Shown in pieces: positions 1 to 14,382 of a stretch of DNA of 64,000 nucleotides (position 1 is the first letter of the stretch; each line of letters starts with the position of its first letter). The notes beneath the pieces were generated by a model. It made no database searches. It was not told the origin of the DNA and saw only the letters and a list, made by a program, of their open reading frames with translations. The position numbers were made by a program, and so were the translations under genes. The stretch is from Tubulanus polymorphus (taxonomy: Eukaryota > Animalia > Nemertea), in assembly GCF_964204645.1 (NCBI RefSeq), contig NC_134030.1, positions 7,605,022-7,669,021 of the forward strand, written 5' to 3'.

Positions 1-150
1 CTAAATCTAGCACGGATCATCCGTTTGGATTTATGCTTCAATAATTCATTTTATGTCGACGGAATCGTCATAATACAAACATGGGCCTATTACATCAAAG
101 TCTTCAACATCTTTGATTAGATAAATAAAATACGAACTCTAAATCGATAC

Positions 151-167
151 CTCTGAATGAATATTAT
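151..167 (-). CDS. Candidate 17-nt microexon of the PHLDB gene (x-N-I-H-S-E), phase 1 to phase 0
   Basis: Minus strand reads gtgtgtcgctttttccag|AT AAT ATT CAT TCA GAG|gtatcg. The acceptor is strong, the donor is weaker, and the phase fits the phase-1 donors at 249, 8780 and 18081. Confidence 0.35.
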
Positions 168-248
168 CTGGAAAAAGCGACACACGCCGGTTTTCATCAT
201 ATCGTCATCATCATCATCATCATCGTCGATGTCGTTCACAATACATAC

Positions 249-321
249 CGGTAAGAGAATCATCTCGAAATAAAGAGCGAAGAAAACAGACGGACAGACG
301 CATAAAAGAAATAGGCAACAT
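249..321 (-). CDS. Candidate alternative first coding exon of PHLDB (FHA-less isoform), MLPISFMRLSVCFLRSLFRDDSLT-G
   Basis: ATG at 321, 24 codons plus 1 nt, ending ACC G|gtatgt (phase 1). An Inr-like TCAGTT lies at 446-451 on the minus strand, with CpG-rich sequence upstream. Confidence 0.55.
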
Positions 322-877
322 CGAAAATCTAATCAAATCAATTACGGCTTCGTATCGATTCAGTTTGCGAGCGAGTGAGCTGAGTGTGTGTGTGTGAAAT
401 ATGAAAATTAATCAAGTTTTCTACGAATGCCGAACTGCGTTTGTCAACTGAAATTCGCCGATGATTGTTTTTCCCATTGGAAACTTTATGAATAATTACG
501 CGTGCTGCCAGATGTAATGAATTTTCTCCCCACATACGCCGTACGTTCTCGAGTCAGTCAATATTTCTTCCGACCGACGACGAATGATATATTCATTTCA
601 AACATGGAATCCGTTTGAAAATCTTCGTCAATGATTTTAAACGCCGAGACGTCGATGCGACTCGCAGGCCCAGTTTTGAGAGAAGGTTTAAACAAAATCT
701 CATCCATTTCTAATTCAAACTACTCGCGCCATATTTGACCGACGGATTTAGTTTCAAATGCAAAAGCAAAACAATCTTTTTCCACAGTAAATGATCATCG
801 ATTTAACTGCAGATTTCTTCATTCTTGATGACGTTATGGTTAAACATCAAAAGGGACTTGAATGTAATTCATGAATA

Positions 878-1016
878 CAGTAAACCGCATCTAACTCGGA
901 CAAACTGGGACGAAATTAGCAAAGTCCAAAGGATAGGAAAATACGTTAGGCAGTTAGAAAACTTATTTCGTTTTTGTCGGGAGTTTGTTAGGTTGGGCAT
1001 GTTGCAAGGTTTACTG
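878..1016. mobile_element. Tc1/mariner(pogo)-like MITE
   Basis: TA|CAGTAAACC...GGTTTACTG|TA terminal inverted repeats with a TA duplication; related to the copy at 6498-6844. Confidence 0.7.
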
Positions 1017-4000
1017 TAAAACCCCTTGTTTGATAGTGTATTCAAGTGTTCACAACTATTTGAAGTAAAACATTACACAGTTTCTCAGAACGCTATGCAT
1101 TATTTACTGAAATTTTCCGGTGCTTACGGCTTCTTCGACTTCCGCAGTCTGTGTGGTACTCTGCGAAGTCCCACGAGTCTACCCCTGCAGAGTCGATCGA
1201 ATCACTCATATCTGAAATTGTTCTCCTTAAAACAGCAAGTGATAAACTCTCTTAAGAGTTCACAGCGAGCAAACTCGTCACCAAACAGTTTTTATCTATC
1301 AGCCCGCGATGCTCTCTCCCCGCGGAGTTCAAAGCCGACAATTTTAATTCTGGGTATACGCGCGTCGTGCGGCGCGCCAGTAGGGAATTCTCGTGCCGGG
1401 GAAAGTGATGAAAGAAATGATGTCTTCCTGTTTGTCAGAAGAAAAGCGCAAACGACTCAAACGAATAAAGGATGCTTCAATTATGAAAATTTGAGAAACT
1501 GCTTTAGTTTTAGAGCGCCCTAACCGAAAAAAGGTATGCCCCATTCAATATGCTACATAGTGTCTATGAAAAAGATTGGACTCGATTTATTTAATTCTCT
1601 ACTCATTAGTTTGTAGGGGTACTTAGGTAGGAAAAGCTTCTGAAAACTTTTCCTAATTTCCATTTAACTACTATCTGATCATGGAGCAACGTACCAGCTG
1701 GTACCTTCATTACATACAAATGCTGGGAAAAAAAAGTAACATTATTGACGATCATGGATAAGAAAGACTATGATCATACCTGTCGACATTAAATTGAAGG
1801 GCAATGGGACAGTAGAGCAAACTGGCATTATGAAGGAAAACCAGATATTTTTGAATGGAGAAAAAAAATATCATAGGCCCCTCACAGGGAGACAGAACAG
1901 ACAGATGTGGAATAACAAATGAATGGAAATCGTTAATGATATACAATACCAAGACATATGAACTGAGAAATGAGGTGGACAGGGACAGCTGGTACTGACA
2001 ATTATCAGGTGATGACGAATTGAATACTCCATCAGCCTGTGCGCAATTTAAGTGTTATTTCAGTTTCAGGTTTATACGCATATGTGAACGAACAAGTGAA
2101 TAAGTACTTCATTATTGAATTTGCTGTAAAAAAACAGCGTTTCGCTTAATTTCCTTTTCATACATTCAGTCATAACCTACAACGAAATGTCGATAAGGTT
2201 GTACTGAAATCATCGCAGTTGAAATGACATCGATAAAAGGTGGAAGAGACATAGAGCAAGAACGGCAAGAACGAGTGGGAGTATATGATATAAACAACCT
2301 AAAGATGATGTCAATACATCTATATGAATTGGCAGGGCAATTGCCAAAATGGGAAAGTTATCAGAAATATAGAGGATGAAATTTTTAATATTTTCAAGAC
2401 TATGCTATTAACTATGTAGATTAATGGTTTATCTTTGGAAGGGATGATGCACGCAACGAGCGGAAATTGAAGATATTAATCAAATGAAAAAGTCGTGTAT
2501 CATCCTCATCAACGTTCGCAATTTTCATCATCAAACTGACTTTATCAATTCAAGACTCATCCATCTAATATAGGCGAAGTCTGAACTCGGGAAGCAGTGA
2601 CGTTTAATTACAGCAGCAATTCTGTTTAGTCTGAAAACGCATTTCCAACCAGTTCACACCTGATTAGCAGATTTTAATGTGTTGTGCAGACATGATGAGG
2701 AAATTAAATTGCAACAGGCATTATGAATATTGCCTGAACTTTCATCTCAAACTTTTAGAGGAAATTCAATAAAATATGTGATTCTATGATATCTTCAAGA
2801 CATGCTATTTGAGCTGACTGAATGCTACAATTGACAGTCAAAGTCGCTGTTTATGAACTGGTAGTTCGAATCTACTCAAAATCTTTCAAAATATGATGCA
2901 TGTATTGAATTTTGTATTTTAGATAATTTCGCTGACACCAACAGTTTATCGAAAGCCTTCAGTCATATAAAATAATGTGACTCCGTGTATGGACTGGCTT
3001 TGTACTCAAAATCAGCAGTCCAGTATTTTTAGACTTTTAGATTTGTGAAAAAGTATTTTATCTCTCAGCCCACACAAGCATATCTACGAGCTTCACACCA
3101 ATGTCTGTACCTATTTACATATTTGCTAGTACTTGACTTCTGGAACACGGGCATAAAAGAAGAATATTTGACAAACGTTTTCAGAATACATAATACTACA
3201 TAAACAAGTTACTATTATTGGATATGTACATAAACAAACAACACCTGTACGTGATAAACATAATAGACACAGGTATAGATCTGTACATATTGGATATGAA
3301 TATTCCCTCCAGGGCTATATCATGTGTACACAGGTGCGTTGACTATGATACTCACTGTCTTGCTACCTTACGACTTTCAAAAAAAAATCTTACTACAGTC
3401 AGGTGATATTTGCGCTGTCGTAAAAATGATAAGCGCTCGGGCGTCTACCTTGCTGCGAAAATCCATTTCCTAATGAGAAAACAAATTCGATTTCGAGCCT
3501 GTTTCCTTTTAATCTGCTGTCGCCAAAGAAAAAAAGATCTGAAAAATTCCCGCATTACTCTTAAAATTCTATTCTATGAACACAACACTTAACCGCTTAA
3601 ACTCTGAACAATGCTAGTGGTTACGAGCGATGATTGGTATGCTTTGATGAAGGTATGAACAGTCGACTATTCCCTTTCTATGCTATTATTACCAGTATTT
3701 CTCCCCCTTTCCTGCGACCGATTGACCGATATCTAAGAGCCTTTCATCTTTCTGAAGAAACCGAATCCATGAAGATCAAACATTCATCAGAAACTACAGT
3801 AAGATCTATACGCGAATGTCCTATCGAAGACGATTAACATTAATAATTCCCCCAGCCATATGTCCCCTGTGCTTTATCAAGTCGAAATCTTAACAAAAAA
3901 AAACAATAACTGAAATCTTTTACATAGGTTGCGTAACGATTCGCAAAAAAACTTTTCAGGGATTAAACATTTCTTGAATGATCACAATAAATCTTTTTAA

Positions 4001-6497
4001 GTGCTATTTGTAATACAAGTATGATATATGGTTTTGTGTCTCACTACGCCTGCTATAAATCTTATTCTAAACCTCCTCTATCAAATATGTGAGATGCATC
4101 TAAATCTAAATACATACATGAAGATAATCCACCAACGATACATTAACCAGCCGAGCGATAAAACATGATTTCTAATCGGTGTCCGAAATGAAATCTGACT
4201 TAATAATCCAAGTATCGAAACGGTTATCCACACATTCCGCTGGCAAGTGACAAAAACGCATTTAAAACTGATAATCCAAACAAACGGCAAACGCGAAATT
4301 TCACACGCTCTCTCTGGAGGGCTGGTATACCTTTAATGTGTGAGCACAATAGACCGACAAGCTAAGAAGCTTTAGATATAGGTAGGTACTACTCTCTCGG
4401 ATATAGGTGGCCCGACAACACACATGCGCTGAAGAACATATGCTGTTCATAAAACACCAAGAAAACAACATATGATGCTATAACAGTCACAGGGAACAGC
4501 TCAGAAGCTAAGTCTCAGGGCGTTTCGCATTGCAGGAGATAAGATTATTTCTTTTGGTGAGAAATGAACCAAAACCAACAGAAATATCCTAATCTAAAGT
4601 GTATTACTTCATGCCTTGCTTACTGCTAATTACCTACTTACTCAATTAATCTGTTCTCCCTGTACATACGAATACCCCTTGTTTTTAGATATTCCGATGA
4701 TCTTTAGTGAGAGTTTGAAACGTTGGCATCTAATTTTTTGGATTGATGAATTCTTGGTTTCAAACCTTCGAATCTGTACATAGTGGGTTTCTATTGTGTC
4801 ATCTATTGAGCTTGAGTGTGTGGTTATTCCACTGTCATCATCAAGTATCGATGCAACTAAGAAATCATTCCAAAAACTCACCCAGTTTATATTAAGAGAT
4901 TACTGTATTACTACTAATGATTAATTAGCCTATATGATCAATAACAAATGAAATTGAATGCAATTTTGCTGAAAAGCAGAAGACGATGACAAATCTGAGG
5001 CCAGCGGTGACATAGATAATGAGCATTACTCCTGAAAAATGTCGCAAAAGGTATATTGGATGATGGATGAGGGTTTTCCAATTAGAACTTGCTCTATTTT
5101 TGACACCGGGATGGAAAATCTATTCATCGTGGATTTTATGGCTGAAAATTTGGTTTAAGAATTAGAATTAATGGGATTTCATTTTTTAGAACGCGGGAAA
5201 TAGCACACATGGCACTTCTATTTTTTTTTAAGCGGCCATCACAAGCATTTGATAGAGATCGAGTTTATCGTATTTTCACTTTTTTCTTTTTGAAACTACA
5301 TGCACATAAGTGACAAACATGAGATGTAAGTAAATGTGAATGGTATAAGATTTGTAGCTATCTACTCAGCTTCAGCTGATGAAAAAACCGAACCCTACGT
5401 AACAGGATCTATTTCTGTCTGGAGAAGAGATCCATCAATTAAAGTGAAGAACCAGGGAGAAACTGGTGCTGATTTCATCACTTATCGATGAAATTCTCTT
5501 GAGAACAGGTTGTCAAGTGTAAACTAACAGAAACGAAATCAGTTTCAGGGGACTGTCAAATAATTCCGGTACGAACATGAACATTTGTCCGGATACTGAA
5601 AACCTGAGCGAAAAAGCTGAAAATATGAAATTCTCCCTAATCTCAGGTAAAAAGTTGACTGGGCGCTGATGACTGCTATTAATTACTGCAAGCAGCTGCA
5701 GTAACTAGAAAATATTGATACATCATCGCTTCATGAGTCACTTCAGAGTCATTAAAAACTTTTACAGTTTCTGAGATGTGATTGAAGAAGTGAAATAGTG
5801 TTACTGCATCCAGATATCAATGTAAAGCTGATCTGCTGGCATATCTACAGCACTTCTACCAGGCCAAGACAATCTTCTTCACTCACAACAACAATATTTG
5901 CTTTAACAAAGATGTAGTGCTAATGACCCAACTTCAGGACTAGCATATTTTCGTTAAAAACTCATACGACAAAGTTGTCTCCATAAAAATTTATCACGAG
6001 AGTGAGATTTCCATCCTGTATGCACGTGCTTGTCATAACGTAAGCTGACTTCAAAAAGTCACCTTTCTTTTTATGAACCAGTCAAAAGTCACCAACTTGT
6101 GTGCATATTTCTTTTGATCGCTTACCAAAAAGAAAAAACCCGATAACAAATGTTTGGCTTGACATAAAAATAATCACCATGAATTCATACAAGTACATCG
6201 CGACGCAAAGCGTTCAGACATGATCTGCTGGCCCGTTGTTGTTCCCAGAAAAGTCACATATATCAATTCTCAATGCGGCTAAACAAATAATACAGCAATA
6301 AAAGCGATTTCAATCATTTCAGACAGGACAACATTAATATCAGATATGTATCGTATAGAAATAATATCAATACGTCGAGATCAGACTAATTGATGTTATG
6401 TAGAAGTGAAATCCACCATCATAAGAAATTCTTTGAAGACGGGGAGAAGTGATCCGCCTGAAAGGTCAGGAACAATAAGTTTGTCCTTCTTATGATG

Positions 6498-6844
6498 CAG
6501 TCAAACTCCGTCTAACTTGGACATTGCCACTCGGACTTTCGACCAACTCAGACAAAAACAAAATCATTTTGATGATTTCCTACTTGTAAACATCACGTTA
6601 AGAATATTATATGTATATATTGGATATTATATTATGTTGTTTCTCTTTTTCCGTTATTGTTTTATTGTTCACACTTTTTGTTTTTTCGTTTTTTTCTTCA
6701 TTCTCAATCATACACTCGTGATTTATTATGAATAGATTGATTTGAATTTGAATCAACTTATCTTTCCTATCCTTAACTTGGACTTTGCTTACCTCAGACA
6801 AATTTTGTCTGTCCCAGTTTGTCCAAGTTAGGCGAGGTTTATTG
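6498..6844. mobile_element. Tc1/mariner(pogo)-like MITE, same family as 878-1016
   Basis: CAGTCAAACTCCGTCTAACTTGGAC...GTCCAAGTTAGGCGAGGTTTATTG|TA inverted ends; shares CTAACTYGGACAAACTGGGAC with the copy at 878. Confidence 0.7.
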
Positions 6845-8779
6845 TAATTGGTTTCACTTATCAAGCTTTTCTACCCTTTTGCAGAAAACCCTTTTGTGAT
6901 TCTCTTAGTTATTATCATCATTTCATATTTCCCACTTCTTTACGTTCATAAAATTCATCTATCAAATGTGGCTACAAATGTCATGAAACACATTGCAAAC
7001 GCTGACAGAAATATAACAATCTATGTGAACTTGTTGGATCCCCTTGCAGTAATGCACTTCAAATTAATCTTGCAAAAATAAATGCTAATAGCACCGACTA
7101 CAATAAAGGAGTCGTCATCAGTTAATAATAAGTCCATTCTGCAAATACCTACAAACCTTACGCAACGACCTTCAAATTCTTCTGTGTTCAAAAAGAGAAT
7201 TGCTCCAATAATGTGTCATAAAGAGGATTGCTCTGAGAACACAACCAGTAACATTTTGCGAAGAATTCTCTTCAATTTCTCAATGTGAAATATATGCACT
7301 ATATATGAAGAAAACATGTTATCGCTGCTTTACAGCTATATCTATTTACTAATTTCAGAGATTCAAGTTGGAATGATACCACAAGCAAGAAAGAACTCTA
7401 CAATCAGAAACTTCTCCCAAGACCAGTCATGTAGATACTGTCATGTATTTTGTTGATATTTGAAATTATGAACCGACTTCAAAGATGATGAATAGCCCTT
7501 CATTGGTGAATTCGCAAAAAGAGGCAGAATGCTTTCACGTCAAGTCGTATGGTAGAATGAAAATAGCAAGGAGGGGGTAGCTTATCTGCCACAAACACAG
7601 ACTAAAGTGTTTCCCACCAGTAAAACAAACTCTATATCTGCATCAAGTCAATAAATCTAAGTGGTTCTTATGAATTTTTGGTAAGTAACGTCTGAGAGTC
7701 ATCTGAGCAGTACAGAAGCCATTTTTTCATCTTGAGCTGAACCAAAAAGTTAACGTCTCGCTTGTTGCAAGATCGCACATTTCTTCCGGTCTATAAAATC
7801 ACTCCCGATTGGTAGTTGCTGCAACCGGGGATCAATCGTCACCCGTCTAGGCTAAAGCTGAGCAACAAATCAGATCAGTCACAAGCGAGGCGAGTACCCC
7901 ACACACAATGAAAACCAGACAGTTGTGCAACTGCACGTAGTATGCCAATTTCAATATAAACATTACGTGCATTGGCGGCAACTAGGATTATGTTATTTAG
8001 CAAAAATCTTAAGGCCATCCTGTAAGTCAGATATCATTTTCTTGCTTTGCTTTAGTCACATGAGCGTCAGTTGTGCCATGTGTTGCTGATTATGGAGGGC
8101 AAATATTGCCAAATCTGAGTACAACAAGTTGCTGAAAAGTAGAGCATGAGCAACAGACCGCAACTGGAGATAGATCATTGTTCATCAGTTGCAAGCTGCA
8201 TGCATCAACATATTCCAGTAACTGGTTGGATGGGCTCACTGTTACTCCAGCAACTGGTTGTCCCCAGTTATCGATGTACGCTTAGCTTAATGTCTTAAAA
8301 TATGCTAGTAAATAGAAAATTTCATCAAAAAAATGATTTTTCAACCATTGTTTTACGATGGCGTGACTACAAAAAGCTATATCAAATTCTTCGAATAACG
8401 TGACTATTGCATTTCGTCGGTACTAACAATGCAGCACAGTAAACAGTCTTTTATGACCCTGAATTTGTTAGTTTAACGGGACAAAGACCTGGCTATTAAT
8501 TATTATTGTCAATACGGCACTGTCAAACATCCAGATTTTTGTGTCATATCGAGCATTAACCCAAAGAAGAATTGGCACCATTCATTTGGTCCTTTCTGCA
8601 ATGTGCACACGCACTGTCTGAGGTGACAGCGCCATTTTTCTAAAATTCCGCAAAATTATTTCAAATATTACAACAATACTTCAGATGATGACACATCGCA
8701 ATTAGACAGCGAAAAAATAAGAGTCCACTAACTATTCTTCTGAAGCCCGAGTTAATATACAAAAATGATTTTAGCTTAC

Positions 8780-8879
8780 CTTGTAACTCGGAGAGACAAG
8801 CAGCCGCAGTGAAGGACGCTACCTCCAAGTCCATTTCCATCTCCAATTCGTCCATGTTATCCTCAAGCGAAAGTGACAT
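8780..8879 (-). CDS. Candidate alternative first coding exon of PHLDB (FHA-less isoform), MSLSLEDNMDELEMEMDLEVASFTAAACLSELQ-G
   Basis: AAGATG start, 33 codons plus 1 nt, strong donor CAA G|gtaagc (phase 1, the same as the last FHA exon); protein-like acidic composition. Confidence 0.65.
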
Positions 8880-9557
8880 CTTCAATAAAATATCTCTTAA
8901 TGCCACTCTGAACGGAAGCAAATCATCTATTCCATCCGAGCATTACTGATACCACACAACTAACCGGTCAGATATCCAATGATGACCTTCGTAGCACAGC
9001 TCAGTGTCCTTTGACAAGCCAATACTGATATACAAATTCTTCACTGAACGCTTGATATATGTATAATGAAGAGATGTATATGTTCCGGCTTCCTTAATTT
9101 GTTTTATTGCCAGCCAATTTGATCAGTAGTCGGAGTTGCAGCTGATTATGGCGACTACATGAAATAATGTAATGTCACTAGTTCTTGGCGGCGTATAATA
9201 ATAAAGTGTCGTTATTCCATCGTAGATTTCAGAAAATCAGATTTTCGAATCAGCGTTTTGTTTAAATATTTCTTTTAATGCGCTTAATAAATCCACAATT
9301 CAAACGAAGCTCTTGAAACTCAAATACAACGAGCACTCTCGTGTACACAACGGAAGAAACTCCCTCGCAGCACTTTCCCTGGATAAAGAAATTAAAGACC
9401 TAAGCAAATATTTTGGACAAACCGCGAGAGTCGGAATTTGAATTGAACATAGCACTTCACGCGATTTACCGATCCCCTTGTACTAATAGTTATGGGATTA
9501 AACAAGATAAAGCGTTTTATTGGGAACGTGTCCAACTGAGAACTAATTAACAGTAGC

Positions 9558-9693
9558 GATCATCGTCAGGTGGTTGCGCCTGATGATGATCTCTAGTGTA
9601 AGATCAAAAGGTCGTGTCTTCTTGAATTAATTTTTCGATTGAATGAATTCTCGATTTTAAAACTTTTTGTCTGTATATAGTGGGTTTTTATCT
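9558..9693 (+). mobile_element. Penelope-like element terminal remnant with degenerate minimal hammerhead ribozyme (family 1)
   Basis: GCGC-CTGATGA-T-GATCTC-TAGTGT-AAGATC-AAAAG-GTC-GTGT, preceded by an inverted partial copy (GATCATCGTCAGGTG); the downstream ~80 bp are similar to 58800-58880. Confidence 0.65.
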
Positions 9694-11626
9694 TACTATC
9701 AGAAAACCTATTGTCCTGACCAGCGATAAAAGACTTTTAGATCCTATTACCTCTGAATGTGAAATGGTTTGAATATCCTGACATCAAAGTATAACCAAAT
9801 CCAAATACCGATATACCCACGTTCAAAATCAATCCTCGTATTTAGTCATTCAACGTTTTATATTTCAATAGAAACCCAGATGTAGTTAACTCAACAGGAG
9901 TAAGATGATCAGACTGATGCCACATTCAATCAATCACACAACGCCCTCCTGTTCGGTCCAAATTCCGAATGACATTTTTTGCTGTATTATTTCAGCTAAA
10001 ATTTCTTACATTCTTCTCCGGCATCAGGGGATGATATTGCTATAGGCCATTATTTATACTCCTAGCCGCGGAATGCTCATCAGCGAATAAACACTGCCTA
10101 AATAGACATTCATCAATATTCATCAGATGTTTCATGTCCAGTCCGTTTCCAGAGAGAATGGCTGCTAACGCTGGAATAAATTCCTATTAATTAAGTAATT
10201 AGGGCGAATTATTATCTAAAAATAGCTTTCAAAACAGTTTGTTACGAGCATTCATATATACCACAATATAATTCCATAACAGACAATTCATAACGATGCT
10301 TCAATGTCATTTTCCTGAATGACATTTGAATGTTTTTTTTTTTTAACTTTCGCAAATATCAACTTTCAAATCTACGATTTCTAGTTTCTATTTCTATAAC
10401 CATATGATCGAGAACATCAAAGTCAAATGCTTTCATTTCTTTGTCAAATTAATTTGGAGTTCAAGCAATACAAAGTTACATCATCCATATACTAGCAAAG
10501 ACCCTGTGGAAACCACAGCGTTCTTCAAGCCAGAATTTAAAACTTTTCAATTCATTTTATAATGTATCTTATTTTATAAATTCATCATGTTTCAGCTAAA
10601 ACCATTAATTTCATCCTAATTGCTGTTTACCCCAACTAATGCTGACCATGAACTAAACTTCGCAGTATATCGTACATCTTGTAACCAGAAAATCGATTCA
10701 GCTTTAAAAAACCTGTTTGATCCCCATCGGCGTTAATCCTTATCTAACAGATGGCATATCGGATATTTCTTCGCCGTTCGATAACATGCGAATCCCACGA
10801 AATCCTATCCTTCATAACCGATCGATAGTCCTTAAACAAAGTTGAACCTTTCGTCAAAAATCTCAAGATACGATTTCGTTAATGTCGCAAAAAGCTGCCA
10901 AAATATCTAATAGGTAAAGACTGTAACCCTATCTTAAAGCTGCAGATTTTCTTTACTGAATGCAGACAACCAAGTTCATGAAGAAAGTAGATAAGATCCC
11001 GCAGACTGTCCAACATTACGTCTGATCACTTACATCATTACATACCGTACAAACAGCCAAATAAAAAACACTTATCTCTTTATGACAATCTAACTGCTAA
11101 TAATTGGATCATTTCTGTCGAAATTGATGTAACCCGAATAACAATCCCTAGTCTTAATCATCATTTCATAAAATGTATGTAATACATATCTATTGTTACC
11201 GGAAAAAGCTTCTCGATCGGTTCACAGTTTTTGATAACAGCGACGAAAAGTAAGCCAACCGAAGGATGGACATTTTTTCTTCGAGGTGAAAATAATGGAA
11301 ATTTTTCGCTTCGTTAAAACGTCTCGTGCCGGAGAAACGTGTCGGATTAGCCGAGATTCTGCGAACTTGACTGAAATCATCGCGATGAATGATCGTTCGA
11401 TTTAACGAAACGTCAAATTCCTCACGATCGATCATCTTACGTATTACGGCTTCTACGCGACAACCTTCAAACCGTCGGGCACGATTTGCAGCACTTGACG
11501 TAGTTTCTAGAGCGATCGGATCTAAAATTACGGGCCCAATCTTAATGTCATACCCAAGGTTCATTCACCTATTCATCAATTCAATTAACCAATAAACAGG
11601 TTTTATAGAATGGTATTGAATTTAAA

Positions 11627-11892
11627 CAGTAACCCTGCGACTGCCAGCAACGATCGTGTGGCAATGACCCCTATCCCCCTTGAAACTGCCTCACGACTGC
11701 TAGTAGCATTACCAGTCACGATGTGTTGCACATGTTCTAATTCCTGCAATGTGACCATCTCTTCCAATCGTAGCCGATGCACATCATCACTGACAATTGA
11801 GGCGCAGTCGACCTATGCGCCTATTTGTGACCAGTCATGATCTATTGCGTCCCAAGGCCGATCTACGCCCACCTTAAAAACTGGCCACAGTA
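11627..11892. repeat. Dispersed repeat fragment (GCGAC/GTCGC-rich, DNA-transposon-like), related to 24230-24660
   Basis: CAGTCGACCTATGCGCCTATTTGTGACCAGT matches the reverse complement of ACTGGTCAGAAAAGAGCGCGTAGGTCAACTG near 24305-24335. Confidence 0.55.
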
Positions 11893-14231
11893 ACACCTTT
11901 CTATTTTCCATTTACATCTCTATCTGACTATTTCGAATCATTATCAGAACCATTATCAGAGATATGGTCGATGATTTTTATCTTCCACTGACTATTATTC
12001 TATCCTTCCGTGGGTGAACAAACGAGAGGCGATGGTCGTAAATACGAATGTTACAAAAACAGGCGTCTAATTCACCATAATATAGTAAGCGCGCATAATA
12101 TCATATATAATTATACTATAAACATATCTATGACCTTGAATAGGCCTCGTTATTAGTGATCTATCTAAAAAACCAGACCTGCCTAGTTTGATAAATGGTG
12201 TTTTTCATGAGAATATACCTTGGTTTGCTATATGGACAAGAAAAGCCAAGCGATTCCTTCGTCCTGTCCTGGTCGCGTATCTGTTTGAATGCAGCTATCC
12301 AACTAACTTACATACTACACATTTGATTATAGATTTATGGTTTTTCCAACCAATCGTGCTTTGCGTTTCGATACAATAGAAAAATTCCTTCTAAACACTT
12401 GATTTGTCGAAATCGTTATCACCTGGGTCACTATCTCCGTACTACGTATGTTAAACATCATTTTCTAAATAGGTGAAAAAAGCTATTTCGTTATCAAGAG
12501 AAACGTTTGATGATATCGTGACTAGAATTCTTTCGACATTATGTTCACACTAAATCATTTTACAAACGACTTTAAGGTGGCAATAAGAATCTTAAGGTGC
12601 GGGAATTCAGATGATCAACACTTCTTTTGACATAGAAATAATTGTTACACGCACTTTTAACATCACCCAATTACTAGCACAAGTTTGTCACCTAATCAAC
12701 TCAATTAGATAGCAAGATTAAAGGACAATTCTTACTTAAATCTCACAATTTCTGTGATGCCTGTAACTAATTCCAAAACCCTCTGGTTAATCTTAACTAA
12801 TCATCTCACTTATTCCTTATTAATGAAGCTATAAGACAAACTAACACCATATTTGAGGATTAAACAGATGGAAGCAAGATCATTACTTTGGACTTAATAT
12901 CATTTCCTTTATATAGCTCTATACTTCCTTCATAGCTCTTTACCTTTCACTTAAGCCTAACAACTATAGAAGTCTAAATATACGGTGATAAATATTTGCT
13001 CAGGATGTAGGTGGGACTATTTTCAAGAAAATGTTTAATTGCTATTCGTTACTAGGTTATGTTTTCAATGAGGACTTCAAACTAAACCATTTAAAGCTTA
13101 AACTTAAGACGTGAAGCTAGTCCCAGGTTCTAAATGTTATATCTACCTCCAATTTTCAGGACTCTAAACTCATCCGATCTCACATTCAACGTTGACAATC
13201 CACAATAACACCGGAGATGAAAATTCCGTAGGTGATAACTAACACAATAACAGAGGGATCTCAAATATCTATTCGGCATTTGCTGTCCATCTTCGCAAAC
13301 CAGGATGCAACATTATCACCAAATAACTCTTCTCTCAACTTGAAGTCATCAACTTGACCCCCCACCTCTCTGAATGTCACCTCTCTGAATGTTGTTTCCA
13401 AGTATTCCGAAAGCAGCTGAATTTCAACTACATTCATTTACAGAATGTAGCGTTCATGGACAACGTATTCATGAACCATAAAAGCAACCTTTATACGTGA
13501 CAAGAATTAACGATATAAAAGTACATTCTCCATTGCCACTCGAGAATCATCCAATCCCAAATCATCTGCCGGGTGTGTAATGAGAGAGAAATTCCTCGAC
13601 ATTTCGATACCTCGCATTCGCTCACCCTATCACAAAAAAGCTCACGATATACGCGGAAAAATCAGCGCGTTTCAAAACATCTGCCAGCATTTCCAACGAC
13701 GAGAACGACGAAAAAAGAAACATGCCTTCGAGACCCCGAGGGCGCATTTGTGGTCATATTCTTCAGTCGAGTACGGCATACAATGTCTTGTTATGATCGC
13801 TTCGACGGCTTTTCAAGACATATTACACATACGCGCATACGGAAATCTATTTTACCATTTACTTTGTGAATGACGACACAAGAAATATTTTTGCACAGTT
13901 TTCAATGATTGAATGGTGAAGAAATGTTCTATTTACGTCCGCAAAAAGTAGCGTCCTTCACGTTCTTCTCGCGTCTATTTTCATGGGTCAGCGAATCTTT
14001 ACGGCGAAAAAATGTTAAGGACTCGAAAAGCATTGCTGTGATTAATTTGAATTGTTGACATGATCTCTATAAACCATTTGCGAATTCGCGATATCAGAAT
14101 GAAGTATAGGCCCGGACTGACAGTTGGATTTGAATTCAAGAAGAATTGATTTTTTTACTGTGATCCTAAATATGGTTATGCAAGCCCCAAAAAGATATAG
14201 GATTGACTTTTCTACTCAGTGTTAGGTAAGG

Positions 14232-14382
14232 AAGCATCTCAAAATTTCAATAGGTCACTCAATTAGAATAAATGTCTAATTGGTTTTAACCCCCCACTCG
14301 ATGAATCCGCAGAAGGCCTCAACCCCCCACCCCCTTCCGCGAGTTATTCTAATTGAAGTAACTATCGAAATTTTGAGATTCT
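14232..14382. repeat. Short foldback/MITE-like inverted repeat
   Basis: AGCATCTCAAAATTTCAATAGGTCACTCAATTAGAATAA pairs with TTATTCTAATTGAAGTAACTATCGAAATTTTGAGATTCT. Confidence 0.55.

Noticed and set aside
1026-1523. Longest ORF in the track (165 aa)
   Set aside because: TTG start, no recognisable motif, antisense in an intron; probably CpG-rich regulatory sequence.
4642-4881. ORF containing LDDDSGITTHSSS as a possible PHLDB exon
   Set aside because: It begins at a GTGAGT donor-like site and I found no convincing phase-compatible splice pair.
13147-13279. ATG frame ending GGA G|gtagat (phase 1) as another first exon
   Set aside because: Weak donor and no supporting promoter or protein-like signal.
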